DNA of 60,716 bases from an uncultured Candidatus Saccharibacteria bacterium (GTDB lineage: Bacteria; Patescibacteriota; CAZHWT01): assembly GCA_964536215.1 (NCBI GenBank), contig CAZHWT010000004.1:1-60716 (forward strand), given 5' to 3'. The position numbers were made by a program, and so were the translations under genes. Below the pieces are notes generated by a model. It saw only the letters and a list, made by a program, of their open reading frames with translations, had not been told where the DNA came from and ran no database searches. Of the stretch, positions 26,760 to 36,653 are shown piece after piece. How positions within the stretch are numbered: the first letter of the stretch is position 1; every line of letters starts with the position of its first letter.

Positions 26760-28202
26760 ATGCCCAAACTATCAGACAGGCAGTTCCTCATTGTTGTAGT
26801 AGGTATTACGACTATCATGCGCCTCCCCACGCTATGGTCGACTGGTGGCTACGGCGACGAAGGTATTTACATGGCCATTGCTCGAGCCATGCACCATGGG
26901 GCTATCCTCTACGTCGATATCTGGGATCACAAGCCGCCCATACTCTATTGGATCTACTACCTAGCCAACTTTGCCCCCAACTGGCACATAGCCTTCATCA
27001 TCCTCAAATTAATTGGCAGTATCCTCGTCGCCCTCATCCTACTACTCTTCTACCAACTCAACCACAGGCTAAATTCCTCACCTAAAATCGCCCAACGACT
27101 AGCCCTGGCAACCGTAGCCATATTTTTTTTCACTACCATTCTGGAATCACAAACCATCAACGCCGAACTACTCTTCATCCCCGTCAATCTAACCATTCTC
27201 TGGTGCCTGCTTAAATGGCCACGCTATTTTATTATCGGCATGCTAGCTGGAATTTCATTACTCATCAAAGCCAATGGCCTTATCGAGGCCAGCCTGCTCA
27301 TTTTATGTCTATCTTGGATAAACGCCCCCAATTGGCGACACTACCTGATGGCCATGACCAAAGCAGCCGCTGGCGGATTGCTCGTCGTTAGCCCTTGGCT
27401 GATCTGGGTCATCTGGCATGGCTACTGGAACGATACCTGGTACGCTATCTGGCAATACAACCAAGACTATACCGCTTGGGCCTGGCAGCAAAGCCCAGTC
27501 GGCCCGTTGGCCACCTACGCTCCTAAACTCTGGCTTTTGGTCGCCATCTGTCTCTGTTTAGTCGTCATTATGGCTTGGACCAAGAACAAACTTTCCACCC
27601 ACGCCGCCACCCTAACAATCTGGCTAGTGGCTGCCATCTGCTCGGCCACCATTTCGGACCGTGTTTATGGTCATTACTTTCTACAAGCCGTCGCACCACT
27701 AGTGCTAATGGGACAAGCTATCTGGCCAAAAATACCTATCAAACTCAACAGGGCCACTATCGCTACTACACACCTTAAACCCAGTGCAATAATCGCTTAC
27801 ACTATTCTGCTAGTTAGCATTTCTATAGTTTTTCTACCCTGGCAGCCCATTATGGTCAATGGTCCACTGGGCCACTTCTATACACAACCAGCTAACCAAG
27901 CAGCCGCATTAGCTAGTCACATCAATCAGCACTACCCGGATATAAATTCATATTACCTGCACGCCAATGCCGCCTGGGCATTGGTTTGGACTAAGGCCAT
28001 GTTCACCAACAAATATATTGTCGACTACCATGCTGGCTATCCCAATGATAGCACCGACTCGGATATTAAATCGGCCAAACTAGTAGTAGTCCAGCTCTCC
28101 AGCAATAGTGCCGACGCACTCATAGAATCACTGGAGTCAAAAAACTGGAAGGAAGTAGAGAAGTGGCAAGGATTTAAATTCTACCAAAACCGGCAGTCCT
28201 AA
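26760..28202 (+). CDS. GT39/ArnT-like membrane glycosyltransferase
   Basis: GDEGIYMAIARAM..G....D.WDHKPPILYW loop after TM1; more than 10 TM spans. Confidence 0.8.
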   Translation: MPKLSDRQFLIVVVGITTIMRLPTLWSTGGYGDEGIYMAIARAMHHGAILYVDIWDHKPPILYWIYYLANFAPNWHIAFIILKLIGSILVALILLLFYQLNHRLNSSPKIAQRLALATVAIFFFTTILESQTINAELLFIPVNLTILWCLLKWPRYFIIGMLAGISLLIKANGLIEASLLILCLSWINAPNWRHYLMAMTKAAAGGLLVVSPWLIWVIWHGYWNDTWYAIWQYNQDYTAWAWQQSPVGPLATYAPKLWLLVAICLCLVVIMAWTKNKLSTHAATLTIWLVAAICSATISDRVYGHYFLQAVAPLVLMGQAIWPKIPIKLNRATIATTHLKPSAIIAYTILLVSISIVFLPWQPIMVNGPLGHFYTQPANQAAALASHINQHYPDINSYYLHANAAWALVWTKAMFTNKYIVDYHAGYPNDSTDSDIKSAKLVVVQLSSNSADALIESLESKNWKEVEKWQGFKFYQNRQS

Positions 28203-28250
28203 ATGGAGGTCTGTCAGTTGACCGATTCAAGATCCTTGTAATCATCGCCC

Positions 28251-29723
28251 TTAGATCGAGGCTTCCCAATCAAACAACACTTCATCCTCTCGGTACCCAC
28301 CTCGCCCCTTACCAATATGACCAAAGTCATGCACAAACTCAATTCGCTTAATATACTTAATCATCTTATACCCCAACTTTTTCTCGCATCGCAGCCGAAT
28401 CGGCGCCCCATGTTCCACGGGCAACACTGTATCATTCATAGCATAAGCCAAAATAGTCTGGTAGTCTCGCATATCACTAATTCGCAAGGCTTCGTAAAAC
28501 GGCAATCCTTCCTCATCCTCATCATAAGCATACAACACCACGTACCGCGCCTCAGCCGTCGGCTTACACATATCCATAATCGCCTGCACTGGCACCCCCT
28601 GCCACTTAGCAATGGCCGTCCAACCTTGAATACACACATGCTTAGTAATCTGCGTCCGACTTTCCATAGCCTTTAAATCAGCCAGCGACAAAGACAGCTC
28701 CTTTTCCACCATTCCACTCACCTTTAGCTGCCAATCCGCAAAACCTTTCTGCTGTAACCGCTTATACTCTTCAGTCTCCGGCGGATACCCGTTCACTCGG
28801 AAAAACTTCGATATATCCGACTCCTTATACTCTTGACGCGACTTCATCCAGCCAAATAATAGTCTAATCAGTGGCGCATACAGTTTGACCAGCATCGCCC
28901 TAGCTCTGACAGGGCTAGTAATGGTAAAGTAGCTAGCCCAAACATTAAACAACAACACCAAGAGCAGTCCGGCCACAAACACCGTTAAGGCAGCCGCCAA
29001 ATCTACATCGGTCGTACCAAAAGTAATCAACTTAACATTACGGTAAAAATACACCAACGCTACCAGCGTTACATGCACCAAAATAAATAACGAAAACCCC
29101 ACCATGCCCAAAAAGTGCAAACTCCGAGCCACCTGTCGACGTCCACCAAACAATTTAATATAGCCCGGAAACCAACCGGTTAAGGCCGGCGACATGGCCA
29201 CCGCAGTAATAACCATCAATGGCGCCAACCCAAATACCACTACGCCATAAGCTAGCTGCTGCAAAGCATCATATGGTTGAAAGGCCGATTCTGGTGGCAA
29301 TTGAAACGAGGCATACGTCACAATCGACTCCCAAGCTCGAGGGAACACATCCCAGCTAGTCGGAATAAGTCGTGTCCACTCTCCACTAAAAAACAAAAAC
29401 CCCCAGTACACTAGCCCTGTCACAATCCAAATCGTTGCCGAAGCAAAATGCCAGTTACGAGCCGCTCCAAACTGCTTATGACCGCCACCCGGCAAGGCCA
29501 CTCGTCCAATTGGCTCCACCTCGTCATGTGCCGTCCAAATTTTATCCTTAGGCATCTTCTTTTTACCAAACTTAAGCCAATGATTAGTCTCTGTAGTATG
29601 GTCCGACCAATACAACTTGGGATGATCCGCCAAAATATGCAACCCACTCCGAATCAACAAGACGATTGAAAATAGATTAATAAAATGGGTTATAACAATG
29701 ACCAAAGGCATAGTAGCTTCCAT
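28251..29723 (-). CDS. molybdopterin-dependent oxidoreductase (YedY/MsrP-type) fused to an N-terminal multi-pass, cytochrome-b-like membrane domain
   Basis: C-terminal Oxidored_molyb-like HVCIQGW...LAYAMNDTVLPVEHGAPIRL; N-terminal 5-6 TM spans with conserved His; start uncertain (29741 TTG, 29723 ATG, 29711 ATG). Confidence 0.78.
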   Translation of the reverse strand: MEATMPLVIVITHFINLFSIVLLIRSGLHILADHPKLYWSDHTTETNHWLKFGKKKMPKDKIWTAHDEVEPIGRVALPGGGHKQFGAARNWHFASATIWIVTGLVYWGFLFFSGEWTRLIPTSWDVFPRAWESIVTYASFQLPPESAFQPYDALQQLAYGVVVFGLAPLMVITAVAMSPALTGWFPGYIKLFGGRRQVARSLHFLGMVGFSLFILVHVTLVALVYFYRNVKLITFGTTDVDLAAALTVFVAGLLLVLLFNVWASYFTITSPVRARAMLVKLYAPLIRLLFGWMKSRQEYKESDISKFFRVNGYPPETEEYKRLQQKGFADWQLKVSGMVEKELSLSLADLKAMESRTQITKHVCIQGWTAIAKWQGVPVQAIMDMCKPTAEARYVVLYAYDEDEEGLPFYEALRISDMRDYQTILAYAMNDTVLPVEHGAPIRLRCEKKLGYKMIKYIKRIEFVHDFGHIGKGRGGYREDEVLFDWEASI

Positions 29724-29931
29724 ACATAAATCATACCCCAAAAGGCAACTTTGTTACAGCCATTGTCCTACCCAGCCTCATCTGCTATCTAGTCCGACAC
29801 GTTTGCCGAATAAATTTCAACGCCTCATCTATTGAGAACGCTTCTGGGACAATGTGCTCAAACCGGTGGCCGGACCGGTGAGCTGATACATACCACTGCC
29901 GCATATCATTTTCGGTAAACAAACCACTCGT

Positions 29932-30297
29932 CTACCTAGCTTTGTGCCGCCGCAACGTCTCTTCTAGGGAAATATCAAAATAGAAAATATAATTTTCTTG
30001 CGGGTGTTCGGCAAAAATTGTCTCAAACACCTCACCATAAGATTTCACACTCAAAATCCCTTCCAGGATTACGTCATACCCATCCTGCAGAACCTCCAAA
30101 ACATTGTGCCGAATCAGCCGATGAACCGTATCCGAATTGTACTTGCCACCCCCACCTGCCGGCTTAAACATGAACCGATAGTGGTCCTGCTCAATCAAAG
30201 CCACTCGACCCGTCGCTTGTTCAAACAACCACTTAGCCACCGAACTCTTCCCCGACCCCGACGGCCCTCGTAAAATAATCAGCTTAGTCTCATTCAT
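29932..30297 (-). CDS. P-loop kinase / AAA-family ATPase (small)
   Basis: Walker A GPSGSGKSS close to the ATG at 30297; the ORF-track upstream extension is unsupported. Confidence 0.7.
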   Translation of the reverse strand: MNETKLIILRGPSGSGKSSVAKWLFEQATGRVALIEQDHYRFMFKPAGGGGKYNSDTVHRLIRHNVLEVLQDGYDVILEGILSVKSYGEVFETIFAEHPQENYIFYFDISLEETLRRHKAR

Positions 30298-30497
30298 AAA
30301 TCCAGTATAGCAACAAAAAGTTGTTATTTTATTGCTATTTAAAAAGCAACTTTTACGCAACCGCTGAGCGCTATTGCTCAAAGGCTCCAGCGCCTTCGTC
30401 ACTGCCTAAAACTATAGTCAATAAACACACCAACCGACGCTGACGACAATGGTATCGATTTTGTCGCACACCATTGCTCATCAATTAACTGCCACCA

Positions 30498-31760
30498 CTA
30501 ACTCGTGCTGCCCTCAATCAGCTCAACCGGCGGTGCATCAGGCTCATTCGCCGCCAACAACTCCTCCGACTCTCGCGTCGCTTCAGGTGGCGTCATAAAT
30601 ATCGCTCCCAGCATCATCACTATCGATGTCACCAAAATTACGTAAAACAAAATCCCATCATCAAATGTTTTAAACTGCATCGCCTGAGGGATCTGGTAAA
30701 AAAGCACAATGGTTACCAGACCTCGTGGAGTGTAAAACAGTTCCGGCAATACATGTCCTCGACTAAAAACCTGTAAATACATAAAGCGCACCACATACAA
30801 CGCCACTACAATTACCGTTCCGACTGCAATGACCTTTAAACTACCTAACGAATGCAGATTAATCGTGTACCCAAATAAGGTAAAAAACAGAGTCCGGATC
30901 AAAAAGGCTGACTCAGCAGTTACCAATCGCAACGAATAGGTGACATCTTTAACCGCTGCATAGGGGAAAATCTCTCGCGTAAACCGCACTTGGATTTTTG
31001 ACCAGTTATTAATGATCAAGCCAAAAACCAGAATAACCAGCAAGGAAGGGAAACTAAACGTATGCCCCAAAGCATATACCAACAGTAACGAAGCAAATAA
31101 CAAGAAAATTTTAATATCAATGGTAATTTTGGTTAACAACCCCAGTAAAGCCACCGATAGTACAATCGAAACCAAAATAGCCAACCCAATACTGCCAAAG
31201 CGAACTACTACCGTCCCAGCCGAAATAGCACTGCCAGCAATTAAAAAGTTGAATACCAGGATACCTAAAATATCCGACAAAGAAGACTCGTACGTTAAAA
31301 ATTCCCGCTTTTTTTCATTTAGCGATCCTACGCTCGAAGCCACAATCGTACTACTAATAATTGACAGCGGTACTGCGTACACTAAACTAACCAACCATGG
31401 CTGCTGCAACCAAAAGTGAACAATCGAGCTAGTTGCCACCATCGACAAAAACAACACAAACAACGACGACCCCGCCGCATTCCCTATCAACTTCAACTTA
31501 TCCCGAGAGAATTCTAAATCCAGCCCAGCCTCAAGCAAAATAATAATTAAACCAATCACCCCAATAAACTCAACAAAAGCTTGAGGCACTGTCACATAAA
31601 AATCTTGCCAAATTGCCAGCTCCCGAATCCCAATACCCAAAAAGAGTAGCAGTAAAACTGTTGGAATACGATTTTTTTCCGAAATAAGTGAGAAAAAATA
31701 AGACACCACTATCAGACTGCACAACACGATGATAATGGTATAAACGTCAATCCCAGGCAC
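30498..31760 (-). CDS. cation:proton antiporter (Na+/H+ exchanger family), paralog 1
   Basis: 420 aa, about 11-12 TM spans; about 92% identical to the 33672-34934 product by hand alignment. Confidence 0.85.
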   Translation of the reverse strand: MPGIDVYTIIIVLCSLIVVSYFFSLISEKNRIPTVLLLLFLGIGIRELAIWQDFYVTVPQAFVEFIGVIGLIIILLEAGLDLEFSRDKLKLIGNAAGSSLFVLFLSMVATSSIVHFWLQQPWLVSLVYAVPLSIISSTIVASSVGSLNEKKREFLTYESSLSDILGILVFNFLIAGSAISAGTVVVRFGSIGLAILVSIVLSVALLGLLTKITIDIKIFLLFASLLLVYALGHTFSFPSLLVILVFGLIINNWSKIQVRFTREIFPYAAVKDVTYSLRLVTAESAFLIRTLFFTLFGYTINLHSLGSLKVIAVGTVIVVALYVVRFMYLQVFSRGHVLPELFYTPRGLVTIVLFYQIPQAMQFKTFDDGILFYVILVTSIVMMLGAIFMTPPEATRESEELLAANEPDAPPVELIEGSTS

Positions 31761-31766
31761 TAAACC

Positions 31767-31772
31767 AGTGTA
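31767..31772 (-). promoter_or_regulatory. -10-like TACACT, 6 nt upstream of the GTG at 31760
   Basis: minus strand GCTACACTGGTTTAGTG; identical sequence upstream of paralog 2. Confidence 0.35.
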
Positions 31773-31899
31773 GCACAGCCAAAAGTTAGCCGGCCACTCC
31801 GGACCTACTCTTCAAGCCGCCTCAGCTACACAGGACAAGCAAGCTTTGTTACTATTTAGATATAAAGCTTTAGAACAATTACTACAAAGGGAGTAATAT

Positions 31900-32373
31900 A
31901 TGGCTCAATTAAACGTCGAAGTTCCGCAAAATTCACAAAATATTTTAGGCACTATTACCATTAATGCCCCACTGGCTAAAGTTTTTGAGGCTCACACCAA
32001 TAGTGATCTATTCAAAAAGTGGTGGGGCCGAGGGCACGAGTTAGATGTCCACGCTTTTAAAGCCGAAGATGGTGGCCTCTGGCACATCGGCGAAAAAGCC
32101 GACGATGGCAACACCTACGAATTCCGCGGCTCATTCCACGAAATAGCCCCAAACGAGCGCATTGTCTGGACTTTTGAATTTTTAGGCATGCCAGAGCGGG
32201 GCCACGTCGCCCTGGAAAAGTTGGAGTTTAGCGCCATCGACGACAAAACCACCCAACTCAAAACCACCAGCACTTATCAGTCCATCGAAGACCGCGACGG
32301 CATGATTGCCAGCGGCATGGAAGAAGGCTGGCGACAATCCCTTGATGCTCTAGAAAAAGTCGCCGGCAAATAA
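31900..32373 (+). CDS. SRPBCC/AHSA1-domain protein
   Basis: 157 aa; Aha1/START-like pattern (I.AP...VF.A.T....KWW ... GW...L..L); GGGAG RBS. Confidence 0.8.
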   Translation: MAQLNVEVPQNSQNILGTITINAPLAKVFEAHTNSDLFKKWWGRGHELDVHAFKAEDGGLWHIGEKADDGNTYEFRGSFHEIAPNERIVWTFEFLGMPERGHVALEKLEFSAIDDKTTQLKTTSTYQSIEDRDGMIASGMEEGWRQSLDALEKVAGK

Positions 32374-32400
32374 AGATTTCAAAGTACATTCCTCAAACAA

Positions 32401-32440
32401 GCACCGCGTCTGACTAAACGGTTGGATGCGGTGTTTTTTC
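32401..32440 (+). terminator. rho-independent terminator
   Basis: CACCGC...GCGGTG followed by TTTTTT. Confidence 0.6.
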
Positions 32441-32523
32441 ATCTGTTCCACTTATATTGAAAAAGTAATAAGCTTATAGTATAATACACAGCGTCGTTAT
32501 TCGAAGTATGTGAGAGGCAAAAA

Positions 32524-33561
32524 ATGAGCGACGCAACCATGTCAGCCATGGGGCTGGCCAAACGGCACGCTGAAAATCCGATTTTGGCACCACAACCACA
32601 ATTGTGGTGGTGCAGTCAGAAGGTCTACAATGCGGCGGCAATCAGGGAAGAGCAGCAAACGCTGCTCATTTTCCGAGCCATCGGGGACGACTGGAAGTCT
32701 CGGCTTGGCATCGCCAGATCGGCAGGCGGTCAACACTTCGAGGTCGATCCAACTCCATTCTCTCTCCAGAGCGCTGGAGTTGAGCTTCACGAGATGGAAG
32801 ATCCCCGGTACGTCAAGATCGATGGCCAATCGGTCATGACCTTTGTCGACTTCGATGGCGAGTGCGCTCGACAAGCCCTAGCTGCCGGACCAGACTTGCA
32901 CTCCCTGCGGAATCAGGGACTGGTCTTGCCGGACTGGAACCGACAGAAGCCGCGGGTACAGCCTGATGGACGCAATTGGACCAAAGCTGGAGCCATGTTC
33001 TCGCGGCAGATTGGCAATCGTTATGCCATGCTGTTCGGAGATGAGCAAATTCGTCTGGCTACCAACCCCTCACTTCAGGGGTCATGGATAGTCAACGAGC
33101 AGCCGGTACTAGGCATCCGACCCGGACTTTTCGACGCCGGCTACATCGAGATGGGCCCAGCCCCAATCTGGACCTCCGAAGGCTGGCTGGTGCTGTATCA
33201 TGGCATCCAACGCCTCAACGATATCCCTGGCGATCCCCGAGTCTATCGGCTCGGCGCTGCCTTGCTGGATCATGACGATCCGCAGCAAGTTCTGTGGCGC
33301 TGCACCCGGCCGATCCTCGAACCGGAAGGTCGCGAGAGACTCGGCGTCCTTGATATCAACGCCACTCAGGATGGCGCCAAGGGACTGACGGAAATCAGTC
33401 AGTCAGAAATTGACCACAAAGCCGAGCTGGATGCTTTGCCAACGGCCATTTTCTGCTGCGGAGCCATCCTCAAAGATAGCACTGTCTGGATGTACTATTC
33501 GTCGGGCGACGAGGTGATCAATCTGGCCACCATCACCCTCGAAGACGTTCTCCAGCATTAG
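32524..33561 (+). CDS. GH130-family glycosidase/phosphorylase-like protein
   Basis: NPIL.P......W....VYNAAAI N-terminus and EDPRYV motif; GAGAGG RBS; composition differs from its neighbours. Confidence 0.78.
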   Translation: MSDATMSAMGLAKRHAENPILAPQPQLWWCSQKVYNAAAIREEQQTLLIFRAIGDDWKSRLGIARSAGGQHFEVDPTPFSLQSAGVELHEMEDPRYVKIDGQSVMTFVDFDGECARQALAAGPDLHSLRNQGLVLPDWNRQKPRVQPDGRNWTKAGAMFSRQIGNRYAMLFGDEQIRLATNPSLQGSWIVNEQPVLGIRPGLFDAGYIEMGPAPIWTSEGWLVLYHGIQRLNDIPGDPRVYRLGAALLDHDDPQQVLWRCTRPILEPEGRERLGVLDINATQDGAKGLTEISQSEIDHKAELDALPTAIFCCGAILKDSTVWMYYSSGDEVINLATITLEDVLQH

Positions 33562-33569
33562 CCAATCAT

Positions 33570-33600
33570 AGCCTGGCGCTCTACGCGCCAGGCTACATTT
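33570..33600 (+). terminator. terminator hairpin after the GH130 gene
   Basis: 10-bp stem AGCCTGGCGC/GCGCCAGGCT followed by ACATTTATT. Confidence 0.6.
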
Positions 33601-33671
33601 ATTCCTTTATACAATCAATACATCAAAAACCTACTCAAGCCATTGCGGGCTCAACTTCACCGCTCACTCAG

Positions 33672-34934
33672 CTAAATATTGGATTCAATCAGCTCAACCG
33701 GCGGCATCTCAGCAGTTGAATCTGTCCCCTCGTCCCCTTCCGCTTGACGCGTCGCTTCGGGCGGCGTCATAAACATCGCCCCCAACATCATCACTATCGA
33801 TGTCACCAAAATAACGTAAAATAAAATCCCATCATCAAAGGCCTTAAACTGCATCGCCTGGGGGATCTGATAAAACAACACAATCGTTACCAAACCCCGA
33901 GGCGTATAAAACAACTCCGGCAGCACATGTCCCCGACTAAAAATCTGTAGATACATAAACCGCACCACATACAACACCACCACAATCGCTGTTCCCACCG
34001 CAATCACCTTCAAACTACCCAACAAATGCAGGTTAATCGTATAGCCAAATAAAGTAAAAAACAGAGTCCGGACTAAAAAGGCCGACTCAGCTGTAACTAG
34101 TCGCAACGAATAGGTTACATCTTTAACCGCCGTATAGGGGAAAATCTCTCGCGTAAACCGAACTTGAATTTTTGACCAGTTATTAATAATCAAGCCAAAA
34201 ATCAGAATAACCAGTAATGAGGGGAAACTAAACGTATGCCCCAAGGCATACACTAATAGCAGCGAGGCAAACAACAAGAAAATTTTAATATCAATCGTAA
34301 TCTTGGTTAACAGTCCCAACAAAGCCACCGATAGCGCAATCGAAACCAAGATAGCCAACCCAATACTACCAAAGCGAACCACTACCGTCCCGGCCGAAAT
34401 AGCGCTGCCAGCAATTAAAAAGTTAAATACTAAAATGCCTAAAATATCTGACAATGATGATTCGTAGGTTAAAAACTCCCGCTTTTTCTCATTCAACGAC
34501 CTCACACTCGAAGCCACAATCGTACTACTTATAATGGATAATGGTACCGCATACACCAAACTAACCAACCATGGTTGCTGCAGCCAAAAATGAACAATCA
34601 ATCCAGTCGCCGCCATCGACAAAACCAGCACAAATAAAGACGACCCAGCCGCATTCCCTATTAGTTTTAATTTATCACGAGAGAATTCTAAGTCTAGCCC
34701 AGCCTCAAGCAAAATAATTATTAAACCAATCACCCCAATAAACTCAACAAACGATTGAGGCACCGTCACATAAACGCCTTGCCAAATCGCCAGCTCCCGA
34801 ATCCCAATGCCCAAAAAGAGTAATAGCAAGACGGTTGGAATACGAGATTTTTCAGAAATAAGAGAGAAAAAATAAGACACCACTATCAAGCTACACAGCA
34901 CAATGATAATGGTATAAACATCAATCCCAGGCAC
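33672..34934 (-). CDS. cation:proton antiporter, paralog 2
   Basis: 19 substitutions in the first ~398 residues relative to paralog 1, then a divergent C-terminal tail. Confidence 0.85.
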   Translation of the reverse strand: MPGIDVYTIIIVLCSLIVVSYFFSLISEKSRIPTVLLLLFLGIGIRELAIWQGVYVTVPQSFVEFIGVIGLIIILLEAGLDLEFSRDKLKLIGNAAGSSLFVLVLSMAATGLIVHFWLQQPWLVSLVYAVPLSIISSTIVASSVRSLNEKKREFLTYESSLSDILGILVFNFLIAGSAISAGTVVVRFGSIGLAILVSIALSVALLGLLTKITIDIKIFLLFASLLLVYALGHTFSFPSLLVILIFGLIINNWSKIQVRFTREIFPYTAVKDVTYSLRLVTAESAFLVRTLFFTLFGYTINLHLLGSLKVIAVGTAIVVVLYVVRFMYLQIFSRGHVLPELFYTPRGLVTIVLFYQIPQAMQFKAFDDGILFYVILVTSIVMMLGAMFMTPPEATRQAEGDEGTDSTAEMPPVELIESNI

Positions 34935-34940
34935 TAAACC

Positions 34941-34946
34941 AGTGTA
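34941..34946 (-). promoter_or_regulatory. -10-like TACACT, 6 nt upstream of the GTG at 34934
   Basis: duplicated together with the gene. Confidence 0.35.
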
Positions 34947-35040
34947 GCACAGTCAAAAGTCAGGCTGCTACTTTAGTAGTCTGCTCTTCAATCGAGCCTC
35001 TCAACCACATAGAGCAACTACTACTCAATTCGATCTAAAG

Positions 35041-35451
35041 TTAGTGACTTTCTGCATGCTTTTTAAAGTTGTCCAAAATGGCTTGCCATCCGTCGCGCTG
35101 CATTTCCTCAGAATTCTCAGCTTCCGGATCAAACGACTGCACAATCTTTACACCATCAGGCGTTGCAGAAAACGCCACCACAACATGCCGACCATCGTCG
35201 ATATCATACTCAATTAACTCATACTCTTTGACTGCAGTATACACACCGCCAAAGTCAAAACTAGCACTGCCGTCTTTAGCTGCCATAGTCGTTTTAAACC
35301 TACCACCTTCACGTACATCATTCTCAGCATCACGAGATTCCCAATCGTCGGCCGCAAAGGCCCAGCCTTCAATATGTTTTGGTTCAACCCAACACTGCCA
35401 GACAGTTGCTATGGGCGCATTGACTACCGTTTGAATAGTTATTAGATTCAT
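35041..35451 (-). CDS. SRPBCC/AHSA1-domain protein
   Basis: 136 aa; V.API..VW......HI..W ... GW..IL.N pattern. Confidence 0.8.
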   Translation of the reverse strand: MNLITIQTVVNAPIATVWQCWVEPKHIEGWAFAADDWESRDAENDVREGGRFKTTMAAKDGSASFDFGGVYTAVKEYELIEYDIDDGRHVVVAFSATPDGVKIVQSFDPEAENSEEMQRDGWQAILDNFKKHAESH

Positions 35452-35544
35452 AGTGCTGAAGTTTAAAATAAAACTCCCCTCCTATATAAGTGTAACAAAA
35501 CTTTGGCCCAACAAACAAAAAGACTAACCCACACGACATTCTGA

Positions 35545-35631
35545 GTATCCCAGATAGATTCTACGGCCTTCCACTTATGTCATTCCCGCGAAAGCGGGAA
35601 TCTGATTCTCGATCAGGTCGAGAATGACAAA
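35545..35631 (+). repeat. D-C hairpin composite with 40-nt leader
   Basis: CAGATAGATTCTACGGCCTTCCACTTATGTCATTCCCGCGAAAGCGGGAATCTGATTCTCGATCAGGTCGAGAATGAC; an inverted copy lies at 50268-50374. Confidence 0.9.
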
Positions 35632-35715
35632 GAAGATAGTTGCCAGCTGGGGATGAATGAAAAAGTGAGTGTGGGGCAGACAAAAAGACCTGGTAGATTT
35701 GAACGAGCAACCTTG

Positions 35716-36084
35716 TTACGTTGCAGATGCGTTAATTTTTTCCAACTGAATGGTCAAAATCTTCTTAATCAACTCGACAGGCAACGGCTCATCTAGCGAA
35801 AATTGAATAGTGCCTTTACCCGAAGTTTTATACCGATGAGTTTCAGGCAATAATTCTGCCATTTCTGACGTAAACGGATACAAGGATACATGCTTCTTCC
35901 AGGCCGCAAAATGTATCATTGCCTTGTCGTTGACTAAAAAGGTGGGTATAGCATAACTAATTACTTCTACTGCTCCCGGCGCTACGCTCTGCACAATGCT
36001 CCGCAGTTGTCGCAAATGAGCCTGCGCTTTAGCTGGATACAACGCTATATACTCATCTATGGTAATTGGCGCACTGCTTGTCAT
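35716..36084 (-). CDS. DUF1801 domain protein
   Basis: 122 aa; IDEYI......A...L..LR..V...AP.A.E.ISY..P pattern. Confidence 0.7.
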   Translation of the reverse strand: MTSSAPITIDEYIALYPAKAQAHLRQLRSIVQSVAPGAVEVISYAIPTFLVNDKAMIHFAAWKKHVSLYPFTSEMAELLPETHRYKTSGKGTIQFSLDEPLPVELIKKILTIQLEKINASAT

Positions 36085-36091
36085 GCCCCAC

Positions 36092-36505
36092 TCACCGCCA
36101 CACCGCTAATAACACAGAATTAACCAGCATTACCACCAAAAAGTAACTAGCATTCAACCACCAAAACTTCCACCCCAAGCGCTGATACAGCGTCACTCCA
36201 ATCGTCGTCGCCGCGGTCAAACCTAGCCATAACAACAACCCAATCTGCGCTCCCTGGCTGGCTGTCCCAGCCCCCAACGAATGGATCACCACTGCCAATG
36301 TCGCCGCCTGTAGCAAGCCAGAAACTACCACAAATCCCAAAATCTTTGTCGCCTCATTCTGCGGAATCTCCATAATGTCTTGCCCTGTCAGCTTGGCCCA
36401 CTGCTTGGCAAATCCCATCGGCGAATACCATAACGCGCCTACCGCGCAGTTGATAATCCAGGCCACCACAACCGCCATATAGTTCAATCCTTCAAATTGC
36501 AGCAT
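36092..36505 (-). CDS. DUF1761-like membrane protein
   Basis: 4 TM spans; N..AV.VA.I....GALWYSP..F...W motif; GAGGAGG RBS before the ATG at 36505. Confidence 0.65.
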   Translation of the reverse strand: MLQFEGLNYMAVVVAWIINCAVGALWYSPMGFAKQWAKLTGQDIMEIPQNEATKILGFVVVSGLLQAATLAVVIHSLGAGTASQGAQIGLLLWLGLTAATTIGVTLYQRLGWKFWWLNASYFLVVMLVNSVLLAVWR

Positions 36506-36653
36506 TATAAAATCCTCCTCGTAATAGTCATACCCCAACTGTAATCCAAGCTAATTAAAACTGCAATAGCTTGCCTGATTATTGAATCAGCACACCGCAA
36601 TACAACCCAAAAATAAGCGCCTTGCCCAAAAAATGAGCAAGGCACCAGACCAG

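Noticed and set aside
30498-34934. Antiporter duplication as an assembly artefact
   Set aside because: The two copies differ at many synonymous and 19+ non-synonymous sites. They have unrelated C-terminal tails and different flanks, which is inconsistent with a mis-joined identical repeat.
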